A stretch of 64,000 nucleotides of DNA from Acidilobaceae archaeon (GCA_038897215.1 JAWAWX010000001.1:192001-256000), one strand, 5' to 3'; numbered from the stretch's first letter, positions 38,728-48,472 are shown. The notes: generated by a model from the letters alone, not told the origin. Translations and numbers: made by a program.

Positions 38728-40680
38728 TCACATTCTCTCAATTGGGGGGATTCCGAGAGCTTCAAGCCCTGCTCTCAGCGCGTCTCTCACAGCCTCGACT
38801 AGGAGAGCCTTGGCTTCTCTGAACTCGTACCTGGGCTCCTTTATCACTGGGTCTCTCTCGTACCACTTGTTGAAGTAGTCTGCTAGCTTTAGGAGGAATG
38901 ATGCTAGGTCTTCTGGTCTCAGCTCGTCAGCAGCCTTGGCTGCCACCAGCGGTAGAGTGAGAGCCAGGATTAGGAGCTCTCTCCTAGCCTCGTCTCTGAA
39001 AGCTGAGGCGTCTACGCTAGCGTAGTCTACGGGGCCGTGCTTAGCTAGAATACTGCAGGCTCTCGCGTGAGAGTACTGCAGGTATGGGCCGCTGTTCGCC
39101 TCGAAGTCTAGAGCTTTCTCTACATCGAAGACTATGGGCTTAGTGGCTCCAGCCTGGATTAGAGCGAACCTTATGGCTCCCACAGCCACTCTCTCGGCTA
39201 TCTTCTCTGCCTCGTTCTCGCTCAGAGCGGGGTTTCTGGAGCGCACTTCTCTCAGAGCTCTGGCTCTAACTTCCTCGATTACAGCGTCTAGAGTCACGTA
39301 CTCCCCCCTCCTCCCGCTCATCCTGGCTCCCGGTAGCCTCACTATCTCGTAGTCGTAGTGGATCATGCTGAAGGCTTCTCTAAGCCTCCCCATAGCGGCC
39401 AGAGCCAGCCTTATCTGGAGCTGAGGTAGCCTTTGCTCAGCTCCGACTACGTTGACTACCAGGTCGGCGTTGCTGGACTCGAACTTGTATATGCTGTAGG
39501 CGATATCACGAGTCCAGTAGAGAGTAGTCCCGTCGCTCCTCGTCAGTATCATAGGGGGGACCTCTAGCCTAGCCGGGGCTCTCAGCTTCTCGAAGACCCC
39601 CGGGTCTTCTCTAGCCAGGTCTCTGAGAACAGCGCTCGCGTCTACCGCTATAGCGTCCTTGTAGACTACCAGGTATCTGCTTGACTTCAGCTCGCTCAAG
39701 ACAGCTGAGAGTAGCCCGCTCCACACGATGTCGCTCTCCCAGTCCCAGTAGTCGAAGCCGACTTCTAGCCTCGCTAGAGTGTCTTTGAAGCCCTCTATGA
39801 CAGCACCAGCTATCCTTCTCACTAGGCTCTTCTCGGGCTCTAGGCCTCTCTCGTAGCGCCACACTATCTCCAGTATCTCTCTCTCGGGGTCGTCTAGGGA
39901 CATCACGTAGTCTATCACTCTGTCTGCTATGCTCTCGTCTCCTCTCGACCTCAGCGATGCGAGAGCAGAGCCTAGCTTAGCCGCCTCCTCCTCGTCCCCT
40001 CTTCTCGACGCCTCCTTGAGATCTATCGCTGTGTGTGTCACAGCGTAAAGCCATCCAGCAGCGTGGTCTACCTTCATCTTGAGCTTCTCGCTGAGCTCCT
40101 GAGGGCTGAGCCCGGCTATCTTGAAGCCTAGCGCTAGGACTGCTACCTGCCTCCCCATATCGTTCACGTAGAACCTTCTCGTGACGCTGTGCCCTCTTGC
40201 TGTCAGCATTCGCGCGAGAGAGTCTCCAAGGCAGGCGTTTCTAGCGTGCCCCATGTGTAGCGGGTGCACGGGGTTAGCGCTAGTGTGCTCCACCACTACT
40301 CTCCTAGGCTTATCGGTCTTCGCAACGGCCACTCTCCAGCCTCTCGAGTATAGGCGAGCCAGCTCCTCTCCCACTCTGACCTCGTCGAAGACAATGTTGA
40401 GAAACCCTCCCTCGAGCTTCAGCCTGACTTGCGGAGCTCTAGTAGCCACGCACTCGGACAGTTGCTCTAGAGAGGGGCTCTTAGCGAACCTCAGCAGAGG
40501 GAAGCCCAGGTCTCCCAGCTCTCTCCTAGGAGGCTCGGATAAGAGCTTGAGGAAAGTGCTCGCCTCCACTCCATAGGCTAGCCTCAAGCACTCAGCTACA
40601 GCGCTAAGCCCCTCTAGCAGAGGCCCTCCACTCGACCCCAGCAACCCCCATCCCAGATTTCGTGCTCTCAGAGCACTCAT
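38728..40680 (-). CDS. argS: Arginine--tRNA ligase (exact start uncertain)
   Basis: EHTSANPVHPLHMGH (HIGH), MSGRRG, PYLQY.HAR, C-terminal ERM. Confidence 0.96.
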   Translation of the reverse strand: MSALRARNLGWGLLGSSGGPLLEGLSAVAECLRLAYGVEASTFLKLLSEPPRRELGDLGFPLLRFAKSPSLEQLSECVATRAPQVRLKLEGGFLNIVFDEVRVGEELARLYSRGWRVAVAKTDKPRRVVVEHTSANPVHPLHMGHARNACLGDSLARMLTARGHSVTRRFYVNDMGRQVAVLALGFKIAGLSPQELSEKLKMKVDHAAGWLYAVTHTAIDLKEASRRGDEEEAAKLGSALASLRSRGDESIADRVIDYVMSLDDPEREILEIVWRYERGLEPEKSLVRRIAGAVIEGFKDTLARLEVGFDYWDWESDIVWSGLLSAVLSELKSSRYLVVYKDAIAVDASAVLRDLAREDPGVFEKLRAPARLEVPPMILTRSDGTTLYWTRDIAYSIYKFESSNADLVVNVVGAEQRLPQLQIRLALAAMGRLREAFSMIHYDYEIVRLPGARMSGRRGEYVTLDAVIEEVRARALREVRSRNPALSENEAEKIAERVAVGAIRFALIQAGATKPIVFDVEKALDFEANSGPYLQYSHARACSILAKHGPVDYASVDASAFRDEARRELLILALTLPLVAAKAADELRPEDLASFLLKLADYFNKWYERDPVIKEPRYEFREAKALLVEAVRDALRAGLEALGIPPIERM

Positions 40681-40759
40681 AGCTTATATACGGCTCGGGA
40701 AGAGGTGCTTCTAGCGCTAGAGATATACCTAGCGACGCTTTACGAGTGGGGGTGCTCGA

Positions 40760-41506
40760 TTGTTGGAGGTTGTAGTGATCTCAGCGGTAGTGCTTGCTCT
40801 CAATCTGCTAGCGCTGGTGGTAGTGGCTCTAAACATGAGACCGTCCCCTTCGGCTAGCGAGGTCGCTTTCGGTTACGTCTCTGGAGTCATGATCTCAGTG
40901 AGCTTCCTCTCTCTCCTAGGGAACGCTATAAACCAGGGCTCGCTGATAGCCGTGCTCGCAGGCCTGAGTGTGGGTGTGGTAACGCTCTGGCTTATCGACC
41001 ACGCGCTCCCCCACGTGCACCCAGGCGGCTTCTCGGAGACTCCTGGAGCTCGAGGAGCTAGAAGGTCGTGGCTGATAGCGTTAGCTATGGGTATACACAA
41101 TATCCCGGAGGGCTTGGCTACTGGTGTGGCTCTAGCGTACAATATCGCTCTAGGAGTGTCCACAGGGCTCGCTATAGGTCTACACGATTTCGTAGAGACA
41201 TCGACTCTAGCAGCGTCTCTAGTCTTGGCCGGCATCAGGAGGAGAATAGTAGCCTATGTAGTGATAGCGGCTTCTATCATAGAGGTGGCTGGAATAGCGC
41301 CAGGCTATCTGCTACCCTCAGCTATCCCCTGGACTCTACCGCTACTCCTCGCAGCGGCAGCTGGGGGCATGATATATGTCGTCGTTGATGAGCTAATCCC
41401 AGACGTTATGAGAGAAGCCTCAGAGTACAGAGGAGTAGCCTTCGTAGGATTCATCGCGGGAGTCTTCACAGTAGTAGTCCTCGAGAAGGCTCTAGCTGGG
41501 CTGTAG
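40760..41506 (+). CDS. ZIP/ZupT-family metal transporter
   Basis: PHVH, HNIPEGLA.G, AAGGMIYVV.DELIP. Confidence 0.9.
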   Translation: MLEVVVISAVVLALNLLALVVVALNMRPSPSASEVAFGYVSGVMISVSFLSLLGNAINQGSLIAVLAGLSVGVVTLWLIDHALPHVHPGGFSETPGARGARRSWLIALAMGIHNIPEGLATGVALAYNIALGVSTGLAIGLHDFVETSTLAASLVLAGIRRRIVAYVVIAASIIEVAGIAPGYLLPSAIPWTLPLLLAAAAGGMIYVVVDELIPDVMREASEYRGVAFVGFIAGVFTVVVLEKALAGL

Positions 41507-41546
41507 CAAGCAGCCCCCCGGGAGGGTCTAGGCAGTCGAGCCTGCT

Positions 41547-42515
41547 CTAGTCTGGTAGGAGCTCCTCGAGGAGGTCTCCCGGTAGCTGAGCAGTCTCTAC
41601 CGCCTGCCTTAGGCACAGGGGTATTGCTTCTCTGTCTACGAGCTCAGGGCACCTCGGTATGGTTAAGCAGTCTCTGCACCTCATCGCCTCAGCTACAGTG
41701 ATTGGCTCCCGCCTAACCGAGTTCTCTGCTAGGATACACCTAGGGCCAGCCCACTTGAAGAGTCTCGGGTGCACTTTGCTGAGCTCTCTCCACATGAGCC
41801 AAGCTATGTGCCTGAGCTCCCACTGCGTCTTAGTACACATCCTGAGAGGGAGGAGTACCTGGACTAGCTCTCTAGCGTTCACTGTCACCACTATCCTCGT
41901 CCTAACCGAGTTAGGTACAGCGTAGCGAGCATCCTCCATCCTGACTCCTCGAGATAGCAGCTCGTAGTAGACTGCTGTAGCTAGGAGAACACTCCTAGCC
42001 CATGTCTCAGCGTCCTCCCCCGCTAGAGCAGGCGGCTTCACGTACGCCACCTCAGCTGTCTCGACGGCCTCGAGCCCGCCTCTATCGGCTAGCTCTCTGA
42101 GAGCTCTAGCATAGCACCTGTAAGTCTCAGTCTTCGGAGCGTCGGGCCCGCTCCGGCAACTCGCTCCCACGAGCTCAGCCGCTCTTAGAGCAGCGGCTCT
42201 AAGGTAGCCGTCGGTATACCTGTGGCTCTGCTGAGTGTAGCTCGCCAGCCTATGCCTGACCAGCTGGTGGCTCGCTACTCTGCTGAGCCCGTCGACCACG
42301 AAGGTGTACACGGAGTGCTCCCAGGGGCTGAAGTGCTGCCTTCTGAAGGTCTCGAGGATCCACTCTCCCACCTCATCCTCGCTGAGAGCGAACAGCTCGT
42401 CCACAGGCTTTCTAGACAAGCTAGCTCTAGCAGCGCCAGCAACAAGCCTCTCCCCTTGAGCAGTGAACGAGACGAGCTTGACTGAGACTCCCAGCCCGCG
42501 CACTCGCGAGCACAC
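41547..42515 (-). CDS. thyX: FAD-dependent thymidylate synthase
   Basis: H.SPWEH, SRVASHQLVRHR.ASYTQQSHRY, EDARY, LR....QWE.R. Confidence 0.95.
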   Translation of the reverse strand: MCSRVRGLGVSVKLVSFTAQGERLVAGAARASLSRKPVDELFALSEDEVGEWILETFRRQHFSPWEHSVYTFVVDGLSRVASHQLVRHRLASYTQQSHRYTDGYLRAAALRAAELVGASCRSGPDAPKTETYRCYARALRELADRGGLEAVETAEVAYVKPPALAGEDAETWARSVLLATAVYYELLSRGVRMEDARYAVPNSVRTRIVVTVNARELVQVLLPLRMCTKTQWELRHIAWLMWRELSKVHPRLFKWAGPRCILAENSVRREPITVAEAMRCRDCLTIPRCPELVDREAIPLCLRQAVETAQLPGDLLEELLPD

Positions 42516-42562
42516 CCCCTAGGCGCTTGCGCAGCGGAGCGCAAAGAGGGTTCCAGCCCTCG

Positions 42563-42620
42563 GGGCTCGCGTCAGGTGTCTCTCGTCAGCGGTCGGCAAT
42601 ACCGGCCTCGCTCATCGCCC
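42563..42620 (-). ncRNA. Box C/D sRNA candidate with variant boxes
   Basis: GGGC-G-AUGAGCG-AGGCCGGUAUUG-CCGA-CCG-CUGACGA-GAGACACCUGAC-GCGA-GCCC: two 12-nt guides, 4-bp terminal stem, canonical K-turn geometry. Confidence 0.75.
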
Positions 42621-42784
42621 AAGGAGATAGATGCGGCTAGCGCCTGTATCTCTTAATCCCTATAGGCTAGGCGGGCTTCCCGGCTACTCAAAGTTTAGAG
42701 TGTGTAGGAGTAGTGGAGGGGTTCGTGGTAAAGAAATCATCGGGTTTGCTGTTAGAGAGAGCTAGTGTGGCTTGAGTTAGGCGA

Positions 42785-43081
42785 TTACTTAGACAGGCAG
42801 ATCTCTATGCCGCTTACTCTCCTGACTCGCTCTTCGCCAGTCTGCGGGTTCTTGACTGTGATCTCCTGGCTGCTGATGTTTATGCCCTCGATCTTCACGT
42901 TTCTAGCGAACCTGGTCCTGACGATCTCGACTGCGTCGACAGCCTTGGTTATGTTTCTGCCTCTAGCCTTGACTACGACCTTGCCCGTGCCCTGCTCCAT
43001 GAGGGTTGTTAGCACTGCTAGAACGTAGTTCATTACGGGCTTGGCTCCGACTCTAACCTCGGGTGCTCCCTCGCAGACCAT
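42785..43081 (-). CDS. albA: Chromatin protein Alba (Aeropyrum Alba2-like)
   Basis: KPVMNYV, KARGRNI.KAVD.VE, VSGIEI. Confidence 0.95.
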   Translation of the reverse strand: MVCEGAPEVRVGAKPVMNYVLAVLTTLMEQGTGKVVVKARGRNITKAVDAVEIVRTRFARNVKIEGINISSQEITVKNPQTGEERVRRVSGIEICLSK

Positions 43082-43185
43082 TTCTGACCCTCCTCTCTTT
43101 CCTGGAGTCTGGGTAGCCTTAGGATAGAGTTGCCGCTATTTAAGCTTTTCTCTAGTGGGCAAGCGTATAGACGGGCTGAGAGCGA

Positions 43186-43797
43186 GTGGTTGAGGCCATA
43201 GTCGTAGACAACATGGAGACCGTGGCCTCAAGATGGCTGAGAGTAGAGCTAGAGGAGGTAGCTAGAGTCGCTAGAGAGAGGGGGCTCGCCGTCATACTGA
43301 CGGGCTTCGTGAGCCCCGAGGTCGAGGCTGTTGCAGTCAAGCTAGGCTACGAGGTGGAGAGAGACGCCGGCAGATTCAACAGACCAGACTCCATCCTCCT
43401 CGACCTCTGGGCCAGCGAGAAGCTGAAGCCTCACGAAGCGCGGACAGCCAAGTACCTGATAGTAGGCGGGATCCTCGGCGACCACCCTCCGAGAGGGAGG
43501 ACTCGGCTCCTCTACGACCGCTACTGCTACGCTGCTCGAAGAAGCCTCGGCGAGCAACAGCTCAGCATAGACGGGGCAGTCAAGACAGCTCTCCGCGTAG
43601 CCGAAGGAGTCCCCCTCGAGGAGATCAAGATGGTAGCCCCCCTGGAGGTCGAGGTAGCGAGAGGGAAGCTAAGGTTCACGGTAACGCTACCCTACGCCTA
43701 CCCTCTCAGGCCAGACGGCTCTCCCGACGTCTCCCCAAAGCTGGTAGAACTCCTCGAGAGAGGACTGACCTGGGAGGAGCTAGCTTATACCTACTGA
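43186..43797 (+). CDS. Sfm1-like SPOUT methyltransferase (DUF431)
   Basis: GGILGDHPPRGRT, LG..Q.SIDGA, LPY.YP. Confidence 0.85.
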   Translation: MVEAIVVDNMETVASRWLRVELEEVARVARERGLAVILTGFVSPEVEAVAVKLGYEVERDAGRFNRPDSILLDLWASEKLKPHEARTAKYLIVGGILGDHPPRGRTRLLYDRYCYAARRSLGEQQLSIDGAVKTALRVAEGVPLEEIKMVAPLEVEVARGKLRFTVTLPYAYPLRPDGSPDVSPKLVELLERGLTWEELAYTY

Positions 43798-43827
43798 GAG
43801 CTTATAGAGCCACGCTAGAGCTAAGCT

Positions 43828-44280
43828 GTGGCAAGGAGGGAGAGACTCTTGGCTAGAGTGCTCGTGGTGAGAGCGGAGTACGGTGAGGTCAAGGAGTCGA
43901 GAGTAGTCGAGGGAGACTTCGAGAGAGTGGTTAGAGATGTTGTGAGCAGAGCTCTCGAGGAGTGGAATCCCGCCAAGAGCGACTTCATAGTTCTCAGAGA
44001 CGAGCGAGTAGTCGAGGTCGAGTCTCTAGACCAGGCTCTAGCGGAGTCTCTTAGGTCAGCTGGAGCTCTCAGAGAGCTCGAGAGAGGACTCTCGGTCAGA
44101 GTGCCCGTGGTTACTGTGAGCTTCGATAACGAGATGGTATCCGAGGAGAGATACGAGGAGCACAAGATATACATAGTGACGCTCTACGTGAGCGATGACT
44201 TCAAAACAGAGATAGAAGCTGAAGCAGCAGAGATCACCAGCGCTCCGGAGGAGCCTGAGGGCATTCAGAGGGTTGGTTAG
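43828..44280 (+). CDS. DUF2286-like protein
   Basis: ALEEWNP..SDFIV, VSFDN. Confidence 0.6.
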   Translation: MARRERLLARVLVVRAEYGEVKESRVVEGDFERVVRDVVSRALEEWNPAKSDFIVLRDERVVEVESLDQALAESLRSAGALRELERGLSVRVPVVTVSFDNEMVSEERYEEHKIYIVTLYVSDDFKTEIEAEAAEITSAPEEPEGIQRVG

Positions 44281-44282
44281 AG

Positions 44283-44942
44283 ATGACTAGAGTTCTCGCA
44301 GTCTCCGATATACACGGCAGGCTGGATGTCTACAAGAAGATAGCCTCAGCGGAGAGAGACGCTGAGGTGATAATGATAGCGGGCGACGTGACCCCCTATG
44401 GTGGAGGCAACGCTAGAGAACTCCTGGAAGCGATAGCCGAAGAGGCTGAGGGCAGGCTTGTGCTAGCTGTTCCAGGCAATGTAGACGACCCCTACGACTT
44501 CGATGGAGTAGCTGGAGTCGTTAACCTCCACGGCAGGTCGGCTAAGCTGAAGGACTTAACCGTAGTTGGTGTAGGAGGCTCTCCCCCAACCCCCTTCTTC
44601 ACCATCAACGAGATCCCCGAGGACGAGATAGAGACTCTTCTCAGAAACGCCATAATGGCTGCTGGGCCTATCGAGAAGCTCGTAGTGCTAAGCCACGCTC
44701 CGCCATACGGGACCAGAGTTGACGTTATATCGAGCGGGGACAACGTGGGCTCGCACGCTGTCAGAGCTGTGATCGAGGAGTTCAAGCCAGTGCTGTGCAT
44801 ATGCGGCCACATACACGAAGCTAGAGGAGTCGATACTCTAGGCTCCACAGTCATCGTGAACCCAGGTCCAGCAGCTAGAGGGTACTATGCGGTGATAAAG
44901 CTAGCGGGAGACTCAATCACCCCTAAGCTCAAGAGAGTGTGA
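44283..44942 (+). CDS. Calcineurin-like metallophosphoesterase
   Basis: SDIHG, AGD, PGN.D, SHAPP, CGHIHE, NPG. Confidence 0.92.
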   Translation: MTRVLAVSDIHGRLDVYKKIASAERDAEVIMIAGDVTPYGGGNARELLEAIAEEAEGRLVLAVPGNVDDPYDFDGVAGVVNLHGRSAKLKDLTVVGVGGSPPTPFFTINEIPEDEIETLLRNAIMAAGPIEKLVVLSHAPPYGTRVDVISSGDNVGSHAVRAVIEEFKPVLCICGHIHEARGVDTLGSTVIVNPGPAARGYYAVIKLAGDSITPKLKRV

Positions 44943-44956
44943 GGCGGCGCTACTAG

Positions 44957-45670
44957 TTGAAGAGGCAGGTCGTAGACGTTACTGAGGGCTCTGCTCTCGC
45001 TGCTGTAGCCTCCTCTCTAGTCTACGCTATAGAAGACTCTCTGCTCGAAGCGGAGATAGACTCCTCAGCTATACACGTCTACCCTCCTCCGTGGGAGGCT
45101 CTAGCCAGCGGGGAGTCCTCGTTCAGCTTCGAGGTCTACGGAGTGAGAGAGCTGGAGCAGCGAGAGGCGCGCGTCGAGGGCCTCGAGCTCACTGTATCCG
45201 TCCGGAGAGCGAGAGGAAGCCCTCCCCCGGGCTCAGCTCCACTGAGAGAAGTGTACTTGAGTGTAGCCAGGCTAGTTCCCCGCCTCGACGCGGGGCTACT
45301 CAAGAGCCTCTCTAGAGAGACCTGGGAGACCGGCGTTGAGCACCTAGTCCTCTACGCTCTAGACGGTAGAGTCTACGTGCTCGAGGGGGAGAAGGGTTCT
45401 GCTCTCATCCTCCCAGTGAGGGCAGCCTCGGTGATCCATACTCACCCCGGGGGAGCCTGCGGGCTCTCGTCGAGAGACGTGAGGATAGCGGCTAGACTCC
45501 TAGACTCCTACGTTATAGCTAGCTCAGCGGTTTCCGAGAACTGCCTCTACTACCTAGTCAGGCTCGGGCCTATCTCGCTCGACGACTACACGCTTCTCCT
45601 AAACTACTCCAGCGACCTGCTTGAAGAGCTCTCCCTTAGGACAGTGAGAGGCGGGAGGCTATACCTATAG
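44957..45670 (+). CDS. Hypothetical protein with a JAMM/JAB-like metal motif
   Basis: E...HTHPGGACGLSSRD matches E-xn-HxHx7Sx2D. Confidence 0.6.
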   Translation: MKRQVVDVTEGSALAAVASSLVYAIEDSLLEAEIDSSAIHVYPPPWEALASGESSFSFEVYGVRELEQREARVEGLELTVSVRRARGSPPPGSAPLREVYLSVARLVPRLDAGLLKSLSRETWETGVEHLVLYALDGRVYVLEGEKGSALILPVRAASVIHTHPGGACGLSSRDVRIAARLLDSYVIASSAVSENCLYYLVRLGPISLDDYTLLLNYSSDLLEELSLRTVRGGRLYL

Positions 45671-45763
45671 GCTCTCCGAGCGGGCTAACGCAAGCCCGGA
45701 GGGGAGCTCTCAGCAATCCTAAATAGAGCCTGGGCTGAGTGAGCAGAGCTAGGATGAGAGGCT

Positions 45764-46264
45764 TTGGCTGAGCCAGTGTACGGCGAGGGGCTGTTCCTAG
45801 TCTCGAAGAGCGGAACCATATGGTACATCATTGTTTTCGAGTACGCTGATGACGAGGAGTACGCTGAGATAGCTAGAGACAGAGAGCGCAAGAGAGCAGA
45901 GGAGGAGAGACTGAGGCTAGAGATGCAGAAGCTCATGGATGAGGAGCGCGTGATCGTTAACGGTATCGAGACGAGGTGCAATGTCTTGAGAGCATCTATA
46001 TCGGTTTCAGGGAATAGAAGCTATGTTACGTTCATCTCCAAGATACCCTTCGAGCCTAGGAGAGGGCTCAACATATACGAGAACATGTACGAGCCAACGG
46101 TAGCAGAGTACGACTACACTGTCTACTGGATAGTCGAGGATGGGAGAGTAGAGGAGGTGGAGTCGCCCGGAGACGTGGAGATACTCGAAGGCGTAGCCGT
46201 GATATCTGTACGCAAGGGGGCTAGGATAGACGGGTACGAGAGCGTAGTCTTCAAGCTAGGCTAG
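45764..46264 (+). CDS. Hypothetical protein
   Basis: 166 aa, acidic and beta-rich; operon-like position. Confidence 0.7.
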   Translation: MAEPVYGEGLFLVSKSGTIWYIIVFEYADDEEYAEIARDRERKRAEEERLRLEMQKLMDEERVIVNGIETRCNVLRASISVSGNRSYVTFISKIPFEPRRGLNIYENMYEPTVAEYDYTVYWIVEDGRVEEVESPGDVEILEGVAVISVRKGARIDGYESVVFKLG

Positions 46265-46277
46265 TCTCGGAGACACT

Positions 46278-47669
46278 ATGCTCTTTACCGCTCTCAGCTC
46301 TCTCGAGTCTCGAGGAGTGAAGCTCGTGGTGCTAAGAGCTCTAACTAGGGCTCCAGTCACGCTAGCTCTGGTCGCTATCAATGTGGCTGTCTACGCTCTA
46401 GCCTCCTACGAATCGCTCTTCCTCGTTGCTTCTAGCGAGTGGATCGACGCTTTCGCCTTCACTCCCACTATGCTAATGTATCCTAGCGATTGGTATAGGG
46501 TCTTCACGTCTATGTTCATGCACGCCAGCTTGTTCCACATACTCTTCAACATGTACTTCCTGATAGTCTTCGGCAGAGACGTCGAGGAGAGGCTAGGCTC
46601 ATTCAGGTACCTGCTCCTCTACCTGGCTAGCGGAATTCTAGCCTCGGTCTTCCACTCAGGGCTAGTCCCGATAACGGGGTCTCTCGCTCTAGTGGTCCCG
46701 GCTGTAGGAGCGTCTGGAGCCATAAGCGGCGTACTGGGAGCCTACCTGATCATGTTTCCCAGAAGGTCTATGACGCTATGCCTCTTCATCCCCGTGCCTA
46801 TCTGTGCTCGCATGTACGCTGGGCACTTCCTCCTCTTCTGGCTCTCTCTCCAGGTAGCCTTCGGCCTCCTATCCTACGGGACTGGGGGAGGCGGGATAGC
46901 CTTCTTCGCTCACGTGGGGGGCTTCCTCGCGGGAGTGCTTCTAGCCTTCCTCCTAGCGCCGAGACAGCCCGCGGTAGTCAGGCTTGACCAGCTAGCTCTA
47001 GAGGCTCCCGTTGTCGCAGTAGCTCGCAAGACGGGGCTCCCCCTATTGCTGAAAGCAGTTCTAGCAGTCATAGCCGCGGTCATGGCAGCGAGCGCAGCCT
47101 ACTCCGCATACGTGGCGGAGAGCATCTCGGGAGTCTATGTGATCGAACTCAAGACAGAAGGCATGGGGCTAGTGGAGCAGGATAAGGCTATCTACTCGCT
47201 CTCAGACAACATGGTCATATCTCCGAGCTCGAGCGGGCCTCGAGTGGTGTTCAATAGGCTGTTGTGGGCCGGGCTCCTGTCCTCTAGCGAGCTAGCCGGG
47301 AGGACTCTCACGGGCGTCATATTCGATGGAGTAATCAGAGGCGTCGCCCCCGGGGTAGACATCAAAGTCGTGGTGGTGGGGAGCGCTAGCTACGACGAGA
47401 GAGGAGTGCTCAGTAGTCTCGAGGGAGTAGTGGTCACAGACGTTCTGCTGATGAGGATGGGGAGAGTAGTCGGGGTAGAAGAGGGAGTCAGCTACAAGGT
47501 CTCGGTCTCATCAGAAGACCTAGGCGTAGAGGCTGGCAGAACCGTGGTTAGGCTCTCGGCCATAGCCTCAGCGATCGTCACTCTAGCAGCGCTAGCAGTC
47601 GCTCTAGTCAAGGACAGAGACTTAGCCGAAGAGGAGGTAGAGTACGTACTGCAACCCGGCTCCTACTGA
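46278..47669 (+). CDS. Rhomboid intramembrane serine protease with C-terminal extension
   Basis: WYR..TSMF.H...H...NM, GASGA, AHVGG. Confidence 0.9.
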   Translation: MLFTALSSLESRGVKLVVLRALTRAPVTLALVAINVAVYALASYESLFLVASSEWIDAFAFTPTMLMYPSDWYRVFTSMFMHASLFHILFNMYFLIVFGRDVEERLGSFRYLLLYLASGILASVFHSGLVPITGSLALVVPAVGASGAISGVLGAYLIMFPRRSMTLCLFIPVPICARMYAGHFLLFWLSLQVAFGLLSYGTGGGGIAFFAHVGGFLAGVLLAFLLAPRQPAVVRLDQLALEAPVVAVARKTGLPLLLKAVLAVIAAVMAASAAYSAYVAESISGVYVIELKTEGMGLVEQDKAIYSLSDNMVISPSSSGPRVVFNRLLWAGLLSSSELAGRTLTGVIFDGVIRGVAPGVDIKVVVVGSASYDERGVLSSLEGVVVTDVLLMRMGRVVGVEEGVSYKVSVSSEDLGVEAGRTVVRLSAIASAIVTLAALAVALVKDRDLAEEEVEYVLQPGSY

Positions 47670-47848
47670 GCGGAGATGCGTGCTCAAGCCTAGCCTGTGC
47701 TCTCCTCCCCGCTCAGCGAGAGAGCCCTGTCTCCGGGGAGAGACGGGGGAGGAGTGGTCTCAGTCTTGCCGAGGTCTCGCATCACTCGAGTCAGCTAACC
47801 CTGACTTCAGCACCGAGATAGCTGGAGTGGCTCCAGGGCTATTCAGCT

Positions 47849-48472
47849 CTACTCGAACCTTATCCCGTCAACGCTCCTCACTACCAGCCCTCTGTAGAGG
47901 TAGCTGATCTGCCTGAGTGCAGCGTAGTAATCGAAGTCGTTGAGAGCGCTCACTCCATCCATGGGGACTACTACCTTGAATCCTCTGAGAGCAGCGCTCC
48001 CGGCTGTGTGGAGAACGCATATGTTCGCCACGGTCCCCACGATCACAGTGTACTTCACCCCGTAGACTCTGAGCAGGTCTTCGAGCGGAGTCCCGTAGAA
48101 CCCGTCGTATCGAGTCTTGACTACGACTATGTCTCCCTTCTCTGGCTTCAGCTCATCCACTATCTGCCAGCCCCAGGACCCGTGGAGAACGTGCTCACCC
48201 CAGATCTCGTACTCGGGGTCTCCCGGCCAGTGAGTGTCCTGAGTGTAGAATACTCTCACTCCTCTAGACCTAGCGCTCGCCAGGAGCCTGCTTATAGAGG
48301 GTATCGTGGCCTCAGCTGTAGGCACTCTCAGCCTCCCGCCCGGCTTGACGAAGTCGTTCTGCATGTCTACAACTATCACGGCGGATTCTCTGGCAGGTAG
48401 AGTGACGCTATCTAGGACCTCGAGGCCTGGGAACTCTAGGAGTAGCTTTGAGCGCGCGGCCACACAGCGCAC
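47849..48472 (-). CDS. Cysteine hydrolase (isochorismatase/nicotinamidase family)
   Basis: VVDMQNDF, QDTH, K.RYDGF, G..ANICVLHTA. Confidence 0.92.
   Translation of the reverse strand: MRCVAARSKLLLEFPGLEVLDSVTLPARESAVIVVDMQNDFVKPGGRLRVPTAEATIPSISRLLASARSRGVRVFYTQDTHWPGDPEYEIWGEHVLHGSWGWQIVDELKPEKGDIVVVKTRYDGFYGTPLEDLLRVYGVKYTVIVGTVANICVLHTAGSAALRGFKVVVPMDGVSALNDFDYYAALRQISYLYRGLVVRSVDGIRFE

Noticed and set aside
42590-42622. GGCGATG start resembling a fluoride riboswitch
   Set aside because: The P1 and pseudoknot complement are missing and no crcB-type gene is nearby; the C/D layout explains the sequence better.
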